From assembly GCA_038087875.1 (NCBI GenBank), contig CM075997.1, positions 6,884,001 to 6,948,000 on the forward strand: a stretch of DNA of 64,000 nt, given 5' to 3'. The DNA is from Malacoraja senta (Eukaryota). The first letter of the stretch is position 1; each line of letters begins with the position of its first letter. Positions 1 through 13,900 of the stretch are shown in pieces. Below the pieces are notes generated by a model. It was not told the DNA's origin. It did no database searches and saw only the letters and a program-made list of their open reading frames with translations. Made by a program: the position numbers and the translations under genes.

Positions 1-3000
1 TCCATGCTGCCGGTGCCGGGCTCGGACCACCACCTGGTGTGGGCGGAGTTTACCCCGCTGCGCACGAGGGAGGGTCCGCGTACTGGCATTTTAACAACCG
101 GCTGCTGGAGGATCGCCGCTTCCGGGACTCGTTTGAGAGGTTCTGGAATACCTGGAAGGGGAAGCGGGGAGGATTTCATTCCCTGCGGCTATGGTGGGAC
201 ATGGGCAAGGCCCACATCCGGAGTTTCTATCAGGAGTACACTAGAGGGTCGACCAAGAGATGCGATTCCAAGATCAGACAGCTTGGGAGCGAGCTGCTGG
301 ATTTGGATTCGCGTCTAAGTCAGACCGTCGGCGACACGATCCTCTGGAGTGAATACCAGGAGAAGAAGGACGCGCTGAAGGAGCTACAGTCAGAGCAAAC
401 TCGAGGCGCGTACGTGCGGTCGCGGATCGAATTGCTCCACGATTTGGACCGCGGTTCACCCTTCTTCTACTCGCTGGAGAAGAGGCGGGGTGTCCGTCAG
501 CAGTTAGTGGAGCTGCTCGCTGACGACGACTCCTCCGTCACTGAACCAGAGGACATTAACGCAGCAGTTCGTGCCTTTTAGACCTTGTTCTCACTAGATA
601 GTTCCGGCGGGGACGACTGCAGTGATCTGTGGGAAGGTCTAGCCATGGTCAACCTGGAGGGTGCCAAACGTCTGGATGCCCCCTGACACTGGATAAACTG
701 ACCGCGGCCCTCCATCAGATCCGACGGGGCAAATTCCCTGACCTGGACGGGCTGACAGCAGAGTTCCTCCGCACTTTCTGGGGGATCCTGGAGTAGGACC
801 ACACCATGGTACTGAGAGAGAGCCTGGCGACCAGAGAGATGCCCCTGTCTTGGCGAAGGGCTGTCCTGGTCCTTCTGCCCAAGAAGGGCGTTCTCCACCG
901 TCTAAAAACTGGCGCCCAGTCTCCCTCCTCTGTACCGACTACAAGGTCTTTGCCAAGTCAATGGCAAACCGTCTGGGCCCAGTGCTGGCCCAAGTGATCC
1001 ACCCTGACCAGTCTTACACGGTCCCGGGCAGGTCCATCCAGGACAATATCCATCTGGTCCAGACCTGGTTTACCTGGCTCAGGAGACCGGTGTACCCACT
1101 GCCTTTCTCTCCCTCGACCAGGAAAAAGCTTTCGCCAGTGTGGATCACGAGTATCTGTTGAGGACTCTGCGGGCGTTTGGGTTCGGGCCGCACCTTGTGT
1201 CCCGGATCCGGCTTTTAAACGCCACCGCAGAGTGCCTCGTGAAAGTCAATGGATCCTTGACGGCCCCCATTCCCTTCCACAGAGGAGTAAGTCAGGGATG
1301 CCCCATGTCAGGCCAACTGTACGCCATCTGCGTGGAGCTATTCCTTAGTCTGCTTCGGAGGAAGTTGACGGGCATGGTTCTATGCGAGCCGGACATGGAG
1401 GTGGTCCTCTCGGTCTACGCCGATGACGTGCTCCTCATGGTCACTGACCCCGTCGACCTGCAGAGGATGCGTGAGCGCCAACGAGTCTTCTCGGCCGCCT
1501 CCTCTGCCAGGATCAACTGGGGGAAATGTTCTGGACTCTTGGCGGGTCCCTGGCAGGTCCCTGGCAGGTGGACTCCATCCCGGAGGAGATGAGGTCTTTC
1601 ACATGGAGTAACACGCACCTCCTCTACCTGGGAGTCTACCTGAGTCCCGGTGCGGAGACCTGGCTGGCGAACTGGCAGGAGCTGAAGGTGAAAGTCGTCT
1701 CCCGGCTGGGGCACTGGGCGGGTCTCCTCAGAGTGCTTTCCTACCGGAGCAAGGTGTTGGTCAGTAACCAACTCGTGGCCTCCATGCTCTGGTACAGATT
1801 GACCACATTGTTCCCATCAGCCACCTTTGCTGGGATTATCCAGAAGAAGTTGGTAGACTTCTTCTGGGCCAAAGGAACACACTGGATCTCTGCAGCAGTC
1901 CTGAGTCTCCCGAACGAGGAGGGCGGTCAGTCGCTGGTGTGCATTCGCACCAAGTTGGCGGCTCTCCGCCTCAGGACCTTGCAGAGATACCTATACTCAG
2001 GGCATCCTCCCAGATGGCACGTGTTGGCGACGCACTTTTTCCAACGGACCCGCTGCCTTCAAGGAGGTACGCGGATCCTGATGGTGGGCGTCAGCCGTGC
2101 GGTCCTGATCGGGATGCACGGCTTCTACAGGGACTTGTTGGGAGTCTGGAACCTGCTTGCCGTCGACCGCCACCCCCCCTCCGCCGGCGGAGGGTGACGG
2201 CCCGGGCGTGAGAGCAACCGGTCCTTGTCCCGCCCCACCGGGTGTCGGGGGGTGGGGGGGGGAGAGTCAAACGTGTGCAGTACTTGTGGGTGAGCAAGCC
2301 CCCGCTCAGCCGTAAGTATTCATCGGACTCAGGCGCCGTATTCCACCCCGGGAGCCAGTACCACATAATTTGAGCCGCCTTTCCTCGACACCCTGCATCT
2401 CCCTCCGAGACGCAGGGAGGCGTGTCCTGTACAGGTTCCTCCTCCACACCCTGCACTTCCTCGCCCTGGTCCACCGTCCAGACACCAAGTGGCGGTCGGT
2501 GTTGCCCTCCGGTCGCGAGGGGGCCCCCGGTGGGAGTCCCTCTACGCATAGATTCTACCCCTCCACATTGGGGACCTGGGGTGGAGGTATTGCACCGAGG
2601 TGTTCCCTGCAACCTGTTTCTCTCGCGGTTCACAGACTCGCCAGCCGCCTGGCACTTTTGCCGGATGGAAAAGTATGTGTACCACGTGTACATGGAGTGC
2701 GTGAGGCTGCAGCCACTGTTTGAATACCTAAAGGGGCGGCTGCTTGCATTCTGGCTGCATTTTTTACCCACCATCCTCATCTTTGGACACCCTGTGCGTA
2801 GGGCTGAAGATGTTCTGGTTGGGTTGCTCCTGGGCCTGGCCAAGCTGGCCATCCGCGAGTCAAGGCGCCAGGCGGTGGAGGGCTCTAACCGAGCCGGCTG
2901 CCTGCCCCTTTTCCGGGGATACGCCCGTGCCCGGGTGCGGTTAGAAAGGGAACACGCCCTGTCCACGGGCACCTGAGGGAGTTCCGGGACCGCTGGGCTC

Positions 3001-3166
3001 CGCAGGGTGTTGAATGAATCCACAATAAGGATTGTATCGTAGTTGTATAGTAGGTTATTATGGATATATGTTTGAATTGTATTATGGTGGTGGGTTCTCG
3101 CTTGATTTATTGTAGTGTAATTATTATTTTTTAGTAATTGAATACATTTTTTGATTTAAAAAAAAA
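1..3166 (+). mobile_element. Tx1/L1-clade non-LTR retrotransposon, ORF2 (end of endonuclease, RT, C-terminal region) with frameshifts and stops; 5' part lies outside the window
   Basis: Consecutive ORF pieces: SDHHLV (EN end), WHFNNRLL, NWRPVSLLCTDYK, IHPDQSY, GVSQGCPMSG, VYADDV, YLGVYL, decayed zinc knuckle; AT-rich 3' UTR and A-run at 3158-3166. Confidence 0.9.
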
Positions 3167-4286
3167 GCTGGTTACCAAGCTTACGGAACTGGGTCTCTGC
3201 GCATCCCTCAACAATTGGATCCTCGACTTCCTCATCCACAGACCATCGTCTGTTTGAAATTGCGGAACCTTTACATCCACAGTAACAATTAGTACGGGAG
3301 CACCTCAAGGCTGCGTGCTCAGCCCCTTGCTCTACTCACTCTATACCCATGACTGCTTAGCCGGACATAGTGCGAACTCCATCATCAAGTTGGCCGACGA
3401 CCCCACTGTTGTTGGACGAATCACAGATGGGGATGAGTCAGAATATAGAGGTGAGATCGACCGACTGACAAAATGGTGCCTGCACATCATCCTGGCTCTG
3501 AACGTCATTATGACCGAGAAACTGAATGTGAACTATGGCAGGGGAAGAATGAGGACCCACAATCCTGTTCACATCAATGGGACGATGGTGGGGAGGGTCA
3601 AAAACTTCAAATTCCTGGGCGTGCATATTTCTGACGATCTTTCCTTGACCCAGCACACCGATGCAACTATAAAGAAGGCACATCAGCGATTCTACTTCAT
3701 GAGAGGATTACGGAGATTCGGCATGTCGAACAGATTCTCCTAAACTTCTACAGGTGCACGGTAGAGAGCATGCTGACTGGTTGCATCGTGGGCTGGTTCG
3801 GCAACTTGAACGTCCAGGAGCGAAAAAGACTACAAAAAGTTGTGACCACTACCCAGTCCCTCACCTGTTTTGACCTCCCCACCGTCGAAGGGATCGATCG
3901 TAATCGCTGCCTCAAAAAGGCAGCCAAAATCATCAAAGACCCGCACCATCTTGGCCACACACTCATTTCGCCATTGTCACCAGGAAGAAGATACAGGTGC
4001 CTGAAAACTGTAACGTCCAGTTACAGCCATCAGGCTATTAAACCGTATAACCATATAACCATATAACCATAACAGCACGGAAACACAATAACGAATAAGC
4101 TCTGAACTCTGAACTGCAGAAAACTATATTATTATTGCGCTATATTTGTTATTTATTGTTTTTTTTCTCTTCGCCCGTTATGTACTATGTTTACATATTC
4201 ATATATTCTGTTGTGTTGTAGCAAGTAAGAATGTAATTGTCCCATTCGGGACATATGACAATAAAACACTCTTGGCTCTTGACTTG
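3167..4286 (+). mobile_element. Rex1/Babar-like LINE, 3' fragment (RT C-half and tail)
   Basis: [43 protein letters not shown]; tail with AATAAA and CTTGA repeats; same family as 24430-26153. Confidence 0.85.
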
Positions 4287-4337
4287 ATTCTATGTTCCAT
4301 CAATCATTCCTCCTTCCACCCAGCCAATTGATCCAGA

Positions 4338-6660
4338 TCAAGTCAAGTCAAGTCAAGTCACTTATATTTATATAGCACATAAAAAAAACAACTCTCGTTG
4401 GCCAAAGTGCTTTACATTGGTGGGGGTACTAACGTTATAAAACAGTGGTTCACAGATTAAGTATATACATAAATACATACATATAGCCATCACTCAGAGG
4501 ACGTCAAGAAATGCTTGAGATTAAAGATGAGTTTTAAATCTTGACTTAAAGGAGTCGATGGAGGGGGCAGTTCTGATGGGAAGAGGGATGTTGTTCCACA
4601 ATCTAGGAGCTGCAAACGCAAAGGCGCGGTCGCCCCTGAGCTTATGACTAGACCGCGGGATGTTCAGTAACCCCAAGTCGGCCGAACTGAGGGACCTGGA
4701 GGTGGTGTGGTGGGTAAGCAGACATTTGATGTAGGTGGGGGCAAGCCCGTTAAAGGCTTTTTAGGCATAAAGGAGGATCTTGACATCTATTCGGAACTGC
4801 ACAGGGAGCCAGTGGAGAGAGGCCAGGATCGGGATGATGTGGTCCCTTTTTCGGGTGCCCGTCAGGCGTCTCGCTGCGGCGTTTTGGACCAGTTGCAGGC
4901 GGGACAGGGACGCCAGTGTAGAGGGAGTTGCAGTAATCTAGGCGGGAGGAGATAAATGTGTGGATGATCTTTTCGAGGTCATCAAAGTGGAGGAATTATT
5001 TTATTTTAGCTATCGTCCGAAGCTGGAAGAAGCTAGCTTTTACCACGGCATTGACTTGTTTATCAAATTTCAATGCTGAGTCAAATATAACGCCAAGATT
5101 TTTGACGTGAGGTTTGAGTAATGGGGTAAGGCTTTCAAGGCTGCCTGCTATCATTTTGATTGAGTCCGAGGGGCCGAAAAGGATGACCTCAGACTTACTC
5201 TCGTTTAGTTCGCGGAAGTTCTGGGCCATCCAACACTTTATATCCTCGAAGCAGCGGATAAGGTTAAGCAGATGTTATCGTTTTTTTGGCCTCAGGGGGA
5301 GATGGAATTGTGTATCGTCTGCGTAGCAATGGAAGGAAATGACGTGCCTTTGAATGACTTGGCCTAAGGGGAGCATATACAGGGAGAAGAGAATGTGACC
5401 AAGGATGGAATCTTGTGGAACCCCACAGCAGAGGCTTGCTGGGGAGGAGAACGAGTTGCCTATGTTTGTAGAGAAACTCCTAGCTTTGAGGTAGGAGATG
5501 AACCAGCTCAGGACAGTGCCATCAATACCAACCCCGCATCGGAGACTGTCAATTAGGATGGTGTGTTCGACAGTATCAAATGCTGCGCTGAGGTCGAGAA
5601 GGAGCAGGATTGCACAGTCGCCGGAGTCAACGGTGAGCAGTAGTTCATTATGTACCTTCAACAAGGCTGACTCTATGCTGTGGTGGGCCCTGAAACCTGA
5701 ATGGACAATTTCCAAGAGAGTATTTTGGTGAAGGTAAGGCATAAGTTGAATTAAAATTACCTTTAGAAGGGCTTTTGAGAGAAAAGGCATTTTTGAAATG
5801 GGTCTGTATTTGCTTGGCAAGGTGGGGTCGAGGTTACGTTTTTTCAGGAGGGGCTGGAACACCGCATGCTTGAAGCAGGTAGGAACAGTGCCAGTGGCCA
5901 GAGAACTGTTGAACATGGCGAGGATGCTGGGACCGGCTATTGTAATGACATCTTTTAGAAGGGCAGAGGGGACAGTGTCGAGGGGGTAGGTGGTAGGTTT
6001 CATGGCGGTGACCAGTTTTACAAGGGAGGGTAGAGTAACGGGTTGGAAAAAAGTCTAATTTTGAAGAACAGACCAATGAGACAGCCAGGTCACGGATGGG
6101 AGGGGAAATATTCGTTCTGATGTTCTTTTCTTTGCTGGTGAAAAATGTAGTAAATTCCTCGCACTTAGCAGGGGACCCAGTTAAGCTGGTGCTGGGGGCA
6201 GGACATATGATGGAAGTGATGGTACTAAAACGGACCTTGGAGTTATGAGCGTTTTTGGAAATAAGGGTGGAAAAGTATTTTGTTCTTGCAGATTTTACTG
6301 CTTCCTGCTATTGTGAAGATTGATTTTCAGGAGTTCAAAGGAAATTTGAAGCTTATCAGATTTGTGCTTCCGTTCTGATTTTCCGCATTCTCTTCTCTGG
6401 TGGTGTCATTGAGCCACGGGCAGCATTTAGGCTTAGGCTTTTCATTTTAAGAGGAGCAACAGAATCCAGAATGGAAGAGCAAGAAATATTGAATAAAGAA
6501 ATTAGGTCGTCGGTGCTGAGATGGAGGGGAGACGCCTCAATAATGCAGACGTCGGGGACGGTTATGAGAGCCTCAGAAAACGTACTGGCCGTCGTGGAGT
6601 TTACGTAGCGGGAGTAGCGAGCAGGGAGATGGGATTTTGAGGGAGAGAAAGGCAGATATG
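4338..6660 (-). mobile_element. L2-clade LINE, degenerate RT and 3' tail
   Basis: ORF 5275-6003: LLDLSAAFDTV, GVPQDSILG, HCYADDTQ; ORF 4996-5229: LNESKSE, KNLGVIFDS; (TTGAC)n tail at 4338-4360. Confidence 0.85.
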
Positions 6661-7165
6661 CATCGAATATAATTGCACTAGATCCTGCTGCAATCGTTCA
6701 CAACCATCTTCAATATCTGCAAAACCTTTATCTTTTGTATCATCAGCAAATGTGCTAATCTTGTCCTGAATGTTCTCATCCAAAGCATTGATGTGGATAA
6801 CAAGCAGTAAAGGGCCATGCACCGAACCATGAGGCCCACCACGAGTCACTGGCATCCAGTCTGAGAAGCAACCTTCCACCATTACGCTCTGCTTCCTTCC
6901 TTGGAGCAACTTTGCAATCCATTCATCTATCTCTCCTTGGATCCCATGCGATCTAACCTTCCGGAGCAGTCTACCATGCGGAATCTTGTCGAACGCCTTA
7001 CTGAAGTCAACGTATACAACATCTACAGCTCTGCCCTCATCAACCTTTTTGGTCACGTCTTCAAACAAACAATCAGATTTGTTAGACACGATCTCCCACG
7101 TACAAAACCAACCATACGTACTATACCTATTCAGCCCTTGCCCATCCAAATGCCTGTATATCTTA
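6661..7165 (-). mobile_element. CR1 LINE RT fragment
   Basis: VDVVYVDFSKAFDKIPH and STFADDTK in ORF 6601-7149. Confidence 0.8.
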
Positions 7166-7521
7166 GACCTACGATGTTCGCAATGTATGCTTTCCGACGG
7201 TGTGTTGCGGAGTCAAACGGGGGGAGTCACGATTTTCCAACATGCACAACCTCTCATTCGTTCCTCGACGATCTCTAGGGTCAACAGTGTAACATTTAAC
7301 TTTCACGCCCAACGCCCACCGCCCCCGCCCCCCACACGAACGCCCCAACCCACCGCCTCCTTTCTGGCTGACAAGAAGTCCGAATGCGGCAAGTTCAGAG
7401 ACGAACACTGCCGTGAGGTCGATGTGTCCGCCCGTGACGCCCTTCGTCGTAAAGTTGAAATCTATCCAGGACCGGCCTGAACCGATCGGTCACGACCAAG
7501 TGAATTGTACTGCGTGTAGCG

Positions 7522-9307
7522 TTGTGAAAACAAATGTAGGTCCCTTGCAATCAGAGGCAGGTGAATTTATAATGGGAAAAGAAAAAGGGCAGAACATTTA
7601 AGTGAATACTTTGGTTCTGTCTTCACTGAGGAAGACACAAACAATCTCCCAGAAATATTACGGGAACTAGGATCTAGTGATGGGAATCCACATTAGTCAG
7701 GAGGTGGTGTTAGGTAAACTGTTGGGAATCAAGGCAGAAAAATCCCCACAGCCTGATGGTCTGCATCCGAGAGTACTCAAGGAGGTGGCCCCAGACGTCG
7801 TGGATGCATTGGTGAACATTGTTCAATGTTCTCTAAAGTCTGGATCAGTTCCTGTGGACTGGAGGGTAGCCAATATAACTACGCCTTTGAAAAAAAAGAT
7901 GGAGAGAGTAGACGGGGATTTATAGAACAGTTAGCTTAAGATCGGAAGTGGTGAAAATGCTTGCGACGATTATTAAAGATGTATTAGCAGCGTATTTGGA
8001 AATAAGTGACATGATCGGTCAAAGTCAGCAGGGATTATGAAGGGGAAATAATGCTTGACTAATCTTATAGAATGTTGTGAGGATGTAACAAGTAGAATGA
8101 ATGAGAGAGAGCAAGTGGATGTTGTGTATCTGGACTTTCAAAAAGCCTTTGAGAAGGTCACACGCAAGAGATTAGTGTGCGAAATTAGAGCACGTTGTGC
8201 GAAATTAGAGTAAGGGGATTGACATGGGTAGAAAACTGGTTGGCAGACAGGAAGCAAAGATTAGGAACTAACGGGTCATTTTCCGAATGCAGGCAGTGAA
8301 GAGTGTGGTGCCGCTAGACTAGGTGCCGGTATCCCCAGTTATTTACAATCTACAGTATATTAACAATTTAGACGAGGGAATTAAATGTAACATCTCCACG
8401 TTTGCGGATGACAAAAATCTGGGTGGCAGTGTGAGCTACGATGAGGATGCTATGAGGCTGCAGGGTGGCATGGATAGGTTGGGGGAATGGGCAGATGCAT
8501 GGCAGATGCAGTATAACGTGAATACATGTGAGATTTTCCACTTGGTGGCAAGAACAAGAAGGATGGTAATTATCTGAATGGTGTCAGATTAGGAAAAGGG
8601 GGGGGGTTGCATCGAGACCTGGGTGTGCTTGCACATCAGTCACAGTAAAGAAGCATGCAGGTACAGCGGGCAGTGAAGAGAGCAAATGGCATGTTGGTCT
8701 TCATTGCGTGAGGATTTGAGTATAAGAGCAAGGAGGTCCTGCTACAGTGTTGTGTGCAATTGTGGTCTCCCAATTGGAGGAAGGTCATCATTGCTGTTGA
8801 GGAAGTGCAGCGTAGATTCAGCAGATTAATTCCCGGGATGGTGGGACTAACAAATGATGAAATAATTTGTCGACTGGACCTGTATTCACTGGAAGTTGAG
8901 AAGAATGGGAAGATATTTTATAGAAACAAAAACATTTTCAAAGGATTGGACAGGGTAGATGCAGGAAAAAATGTTCCCGATATTGGGCGAGTCCAGAACC
9001 ATTTTAAGAACAAGGTGAAGGCCATTTAGGGCTGAGATGAGGAAATATGTTTTCACCCATAGAATTGTGAATCTGTTAAATTACCTGCCATCGAAGGCAG
9101 TGTAGGCCGTTTGACTGCATTTTTTTTCAGGAGAGCGTTAGATTTAGCTCGTAGGGCTTAATGAATCTTGGGATATAGGGAAAAAGCTGGAACGGAGTAC
9201 TGATTTTAGACGATCAGCTGTGATCGTATTTAATGGCTGTGGTGGCTCGACGGATCAATGGGCATACAATTTTTTAAAATAATTCTGTGTTTCTATGTTT
9301 CTATGTT
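7522..9307 (+). mobile_element. CR1 LINE, 5'-truncated, degenerate
   Basis: KSPQPDGLHPRVLKE, PVDWRVAN, TFADDK, RRFSRLIPG pieces; (TTCTATGT) tail at 9290-9307. Confidence 0.85.
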
Positions 9308-9309
9308 GT

Positions 9310-9645
9310 TGAAGACATCGCAAAGCATTGCGCTTTTGAACGTAGGCTTCGGGAGCTTGGAGGTGCTGTCCGATTCGTTGTCCGCAACCCCGGATCATCC
9401 AGCCGCGTTGACATTGCTGTTGAAGCCACCGGCCAGACCGTCCGGCCGGGCCGTCGCACGTCGATGTGGGAGCTGCTGGAAGACAGCCAGTCGCTCTGTC
9501 CGGCGAGTCGAAGGGTAGACGCTGATCAGCGGGAAAGCAGGGTTACCGTAGCTGACAGCCATCACGCGGAAACGCACCACAACAATTTCCTTCACTTCAG
9601 ATAGGACGAGGGTCACTCTCCACCGCAGGATCCCCTGACCGGAGA
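9310..9645 (-). mobile_element. Tx1-like APE endonuclease fragment
   Basis: EVKEIV...LISVYP...ER...GGFNS resembles the EN segment with the INVYAP and GGDFN motifs. Confidence 0.55.
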
Positions 9646-9799
9646 CGCGACAATAATTACCCCCCCAACCATAACGAGAATTCGTGATGTCCTGGACACG
9701 ACCACAGCCGATGGCTGAGGCGGTGTAGCAGCCCATAATCTTTGTATAAAAATCACATCTGCCTCGATCTTGGGAACGAAATAAGTATGGCAAAATGGG

Positions 9800-11445
9800 G
9801 CCAGGAAATAGCTCTGGCAGATAGCATTTAACACAATCCCAAGAGCTTTTTTTTAAATACATAAGGGGAAAAGGTAACTAGAAAAATAATGTTGATTCCT
9901 CAAGAATCAAAGCGGTCATCTCTGTGTGGAGCCACAGGACATGGGGCAATACCCTCAATGACTATTTCTCCTCTCTATTTATCGAGGAGAAAAACAGGAG
10001 GACAAGGTATCTTGGGGCAGTCAAAGGAAGTGTCTTGAGAACAGTCAGTGCTCCGGTCGAAAATGTGCTGAAGGTGCTATCGTATATGGAGATAGACAAA
10101 TCTCCAGGGCCTGTTCTGATATATCTGAGGACATTGTGGGAAACTAGAGAGAAAAATTGCGGGAGCCCTGCTTGAAATTTCCGAGTCGTTTTAAAATACA
10201 GGAAAGCTGCCCGAACACTGGACGGTGGCAAATGTTGTGCGTCTATCCAAGAAGGACTGCTGGGAAACCGCTGGCAACTATAGGCTAGTAAACTTAACAT
10301 CTGCAGTTGGAAAGCTACCAGACAGAATTCTTAGGGATAGGATATATGGGCATTTAGACGGACAAGGGATAATTAGGGAGTGTCAGCATGGTGTTGTACG
10401 TGGCAGGTCGTGTGTCACAAATATAATTGAGTTTTTTGAAGACGTAGCCAAAACGGTCGATGAGGGCAAAGCTGCAGATGCTATACATATGGACTTCAGC
10501 AAAGCATTCGACAACATTCCACAAGGCAGGCTGCTCGCGATGGTTAGATGGAAGGTTGCTTCTCGGACTGGAGGCCCTAGTGGTGTGCCTCAGGGTTCGG
10601 TGCTGGGCCCGTTACTGTCTGTCATCTATATCAATGATTTGGATTAGAACATACACGGCAAGATTAGCAAGTGGGTCGATTCAAAAGTGGGAGGTTTTGC
10701 AGACAGTAAAGATGGTTGTGAATAATTGTAGCAGGATCTCAGCCAGGTGGGCGGAGGAATGGTTGATGACATTTAATACAGAGAAATGCGAGATGTTGCA
10801 TTTTGGGAAGTCTAACATGGGCCGGACCTGCAAAGTTAATGGCAGAGCTCTTGCGAGTGGTGTAGAGCCGGGGAATGTGGGAGTGCAGGTGCATGGTTCC
10901 TTGAAGGTGGTGCGGCAGGTCGATCCGGTGGTCAAATTGGCCTTCTTCAATTAAAGTATCGAGTACAGAAGTTGGGAGGTCATGTTGCAAATGTACAAGA
11001 CGTTGGTGAAGCCCAATTTAGAGTATCGTGTTCAATTCTGGGCAGCGTGTTACAGGAAATAGAGTCAGCTGTAAAGTGTACAAGGAAACTTTACGAGGAT
11101 GTTGCCAGGGCTCGAGTGTCTGAGCTACATCAAGAGTTTGAGTATGCTGGGCCTCTATTCCTTGGAGCGCACGAGGATGACGAGTGGTCTTATAAAGGTG
11201 TATACATTCATGCGATGAATGGATCGGGTAGATGCACAGAGTCTTTTGCCCGGAGTAGGGGAATCGAGGACCAGAGGTCCCGACGTTTAAGAAACAGTTA
11301 GTCAGGGAGATGGATAGGACGGGTTTGGAGGTATATGGGTCAAACGCGACCAATTGGGACTAGTGTAGCTGGGACATTTTAGCCGATGTTGGCAGGTTGG
11401 GCTGAAGGGCCTGTTTCTACGCTGTATCACTTGCAATCTCTAAAG
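9800..11445 (+). mobile_element. CR1 LINE (second subfamily), degenerate and internally deleted
   Basis: DKSPGP, GNYRLVNLTS, MDFSKAFD, GVPQGSVLGP, YINDLD; CR1-type tail GGGCTGAAGGGCCTGTTTC. Confidence 0.8.
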
Positions 11446-12544
11446 TACTACAAGGCGCACAGCACTCTTTACTTCACGATGCCAGTGACAGTTTCCGCTC
11501 TGTCAGAACTAGAGCCTGTTGGGCAGATATGTCCCCTCACAGGTTCCTGTTCACTAACTATATTTCGTCTTATTGATGTCTGTACTTTGCGCCGCCTTTG
11601 CATAGTCGTCAGCTTCAGGTTTTGGATTAAGCCTCCGGCATGTCTGTCAGTTTGTGGCATGATTCTTTTCTTCCTGTTGTTGTTGATCTAATCGGCCCTT
11701 TGCTTCTTTGTTGACATCTTCTGTGGCTTTGTCGCATCAAACCTGCAGTCATAAAAACTCACAGCTTCCACCGTCGAGAGTCTGCCCCTAATTTAGGAGA
11801 AATACACTTGTGATCGAGGTAGTGCAGCAATGTTTCACCGGAATTTGTCTGTGAGGAGAGGTGAAAGGCGTGAGAGGCGTGCGCCATCACTGAAATGCAG
11901 TGCCAGCGATCTAAAGTGCTCGTCGTTCCTCAAGCACTTTAGATCTCAGAATTCGGATAGGAGCTAGAGGTCAGAAATGTACAAATCAGTAAAGAGAATA
12001 CGGTCCATGAGTCATTTGACGTCAGTCAACTTGTAGGGATATGGACCTCAAATGTGGACGCAATTTACAACGGAATCATTTAACAGCAGAAAATGAAATT
12101 TCAAATTAGGGGAAGACCAATCCTTTAAAAAATACTCGCATACTAGTTCCTCCAGGAAAATATTGCCCAAATCTGGCGCCTCTTGCATGCATTCTCAATG
12201 GACTATTGCTGTACATTTTTCTATTCGCGGATTAAGCTTAGGAATGGCAATAATTTACTGAACTGTACGTAAAAATGAATTCCACTGTGCGTTTGGAGAA
12301 GTGCCAATAAAGGACAATGGACCATTGACATTATTCGTCAGTAGTCGGTAGGATTAGGTCTTGCGCGCTGAAATTCCAATGGATTTCTACTCCATTGTTG
12401 CAACGATTCGGTCATGACTATCACATCACTAATGACTGAGTTCGCCGAGGACATTCACCCTGGGAAGCGATCTATATGTCCAGGGACGGAAGGGGAGTGC
12501 GCCGATCTTGGACTCACAGAAATAGGTCACATCATGAACGATGA

Positions 12545-12640
12545 ATGGAAACTACCAGGGATACTGAGCAGGTCAAGCAGCACCTCTATGAGGTGAAAAA
12601 TATGACACGTTTCAGGTCGATGACTTTTCACTCTGACCTC
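12545..12640 (-). repeat. Degenerate Penelope-derived terminal repeat
   Basis: Reverse complement resembles the copies at 36665-36790 and 40600-40700 (...GACCTGAAACG...GCTGCTTGACCTGCTCAGT). Confidence 0.5.
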
Positions 12641-12943
12641 TGGCAGTTGCACAGAGAGAGTCTCACTCAGAGCGAGACAGTCTCCTTAACCCAACACATT
12701 CAACACGCAAGCCCTCAGATTTTGCTCTCTGTCTCTGTATGTGGGCATCAGCAGCAATGTTCTCAGTTTTTGCCTTTGCCACCTGACCCAGAGAAGATGG
12801 TGCCAGCTTTCCGACCAGGCGGTCGGGCAGAAGCAGCTTTCCGACCAGGCGGCCGATCAGGGCGCAAGAACGGTTTCACCCTCCTTCTACTATCTGATCG
12901 ATCGGCCATTCTAATTCATCCGAGCGACTTGCTGGACTTCACA

Positions 12944-13900
12944 CCAATCCCACCACCTCCTCCAATCTAGACTTGACTTTAGGAGGAATAACATCTACCA
13001 CAGTGGTTCAGAATATAGTGTTCATTAACTGGTTGCCTTCTATTTCTTGTTCATTTTCAAGTCTCCACCTTTTCAGCTGGTTCTCCAGATAGACTGCTGG
13101 ATTGTTTGCCTCTCCCAGTGGATCTCCCCTTTATTCCTTGGGGTCCACCTTAAGTGGGTAACATTGCCTGAGGGCCTGCCATACCCTCTGCCTGACTGTG
13201 TCAAACAGCATGCCATTGTTTATTACATTGTTCACAGCATTTTTATACCAGCCACCTTCAGTAGTTCTGTCAGTTTAGTGGTTCCTATCACTTTCACCAA
13301 CAGTGCCTTCAAATCTCCATAGCCAATAAGCATCCCGCATTCTCCTCCTCCAAAGCCCTAATCCATTTCCTGCCGCATCAGGAATATTGGGTAAGATATT
13401 TTTTAGCCCTCTCAGTTTATGGGTGCCCCAAAGGATAATCTGTGTCTGTCCTGCTCTTTTCTATTTAAAGCACTCATCAATTTATCCTTCTGCTTTCCAC
13501 TTTAATCCTTTCTGGTATGCCTTCTTTCTTATTCTAAACTCAATTTCTTACATCTCAGATAGTCTAACCTCCTTTGCAAATTTATTTTAAAATCTTTCAC
13601 TGACTCCTCCTGATTTTTACTTTCACACCTGTCGATTCCTACTTCTGTTGCCTCCTCGCTGCCTCTCTCTCCTTTCTTTCTGAACTGCCTAAGTGCATCT
13701 ACTTCCTTTCCTTTCCGCTTTTCCCACCTTTCCAACTTATCTGTGGGCATATAATTCATAATTAACACTTCCATCTTGTCACACATTTATCTTGAAAGTG
13801 CCTTCCTTTGGCCACTTCCTCACAACTTTTTCTTAAAATCTCAGCAAACAATCATCACCCTTCTCCAACCATAATGTTTACCATGAAACAACAAACCATA
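12944..13900 (-). pseudogene. Endogenous retrovirus gag remnant (frameshifted)
   Basis: RKWPKEGTFK at 13791-13820 (WPxxGTF matrix motif of class I retroviral Gag); WIRALEEENAGCLLA/GDLKALL; RQRVWQALRQCYP; RLEEVVGL; lies downstream of a PBS and LTR. Confidence 0.7.

Noticed and set aside
2091..3023. 310-aa minus-strand ORF
   Set aside because: Antisense shadow of GC-rich Tx1 ORF2
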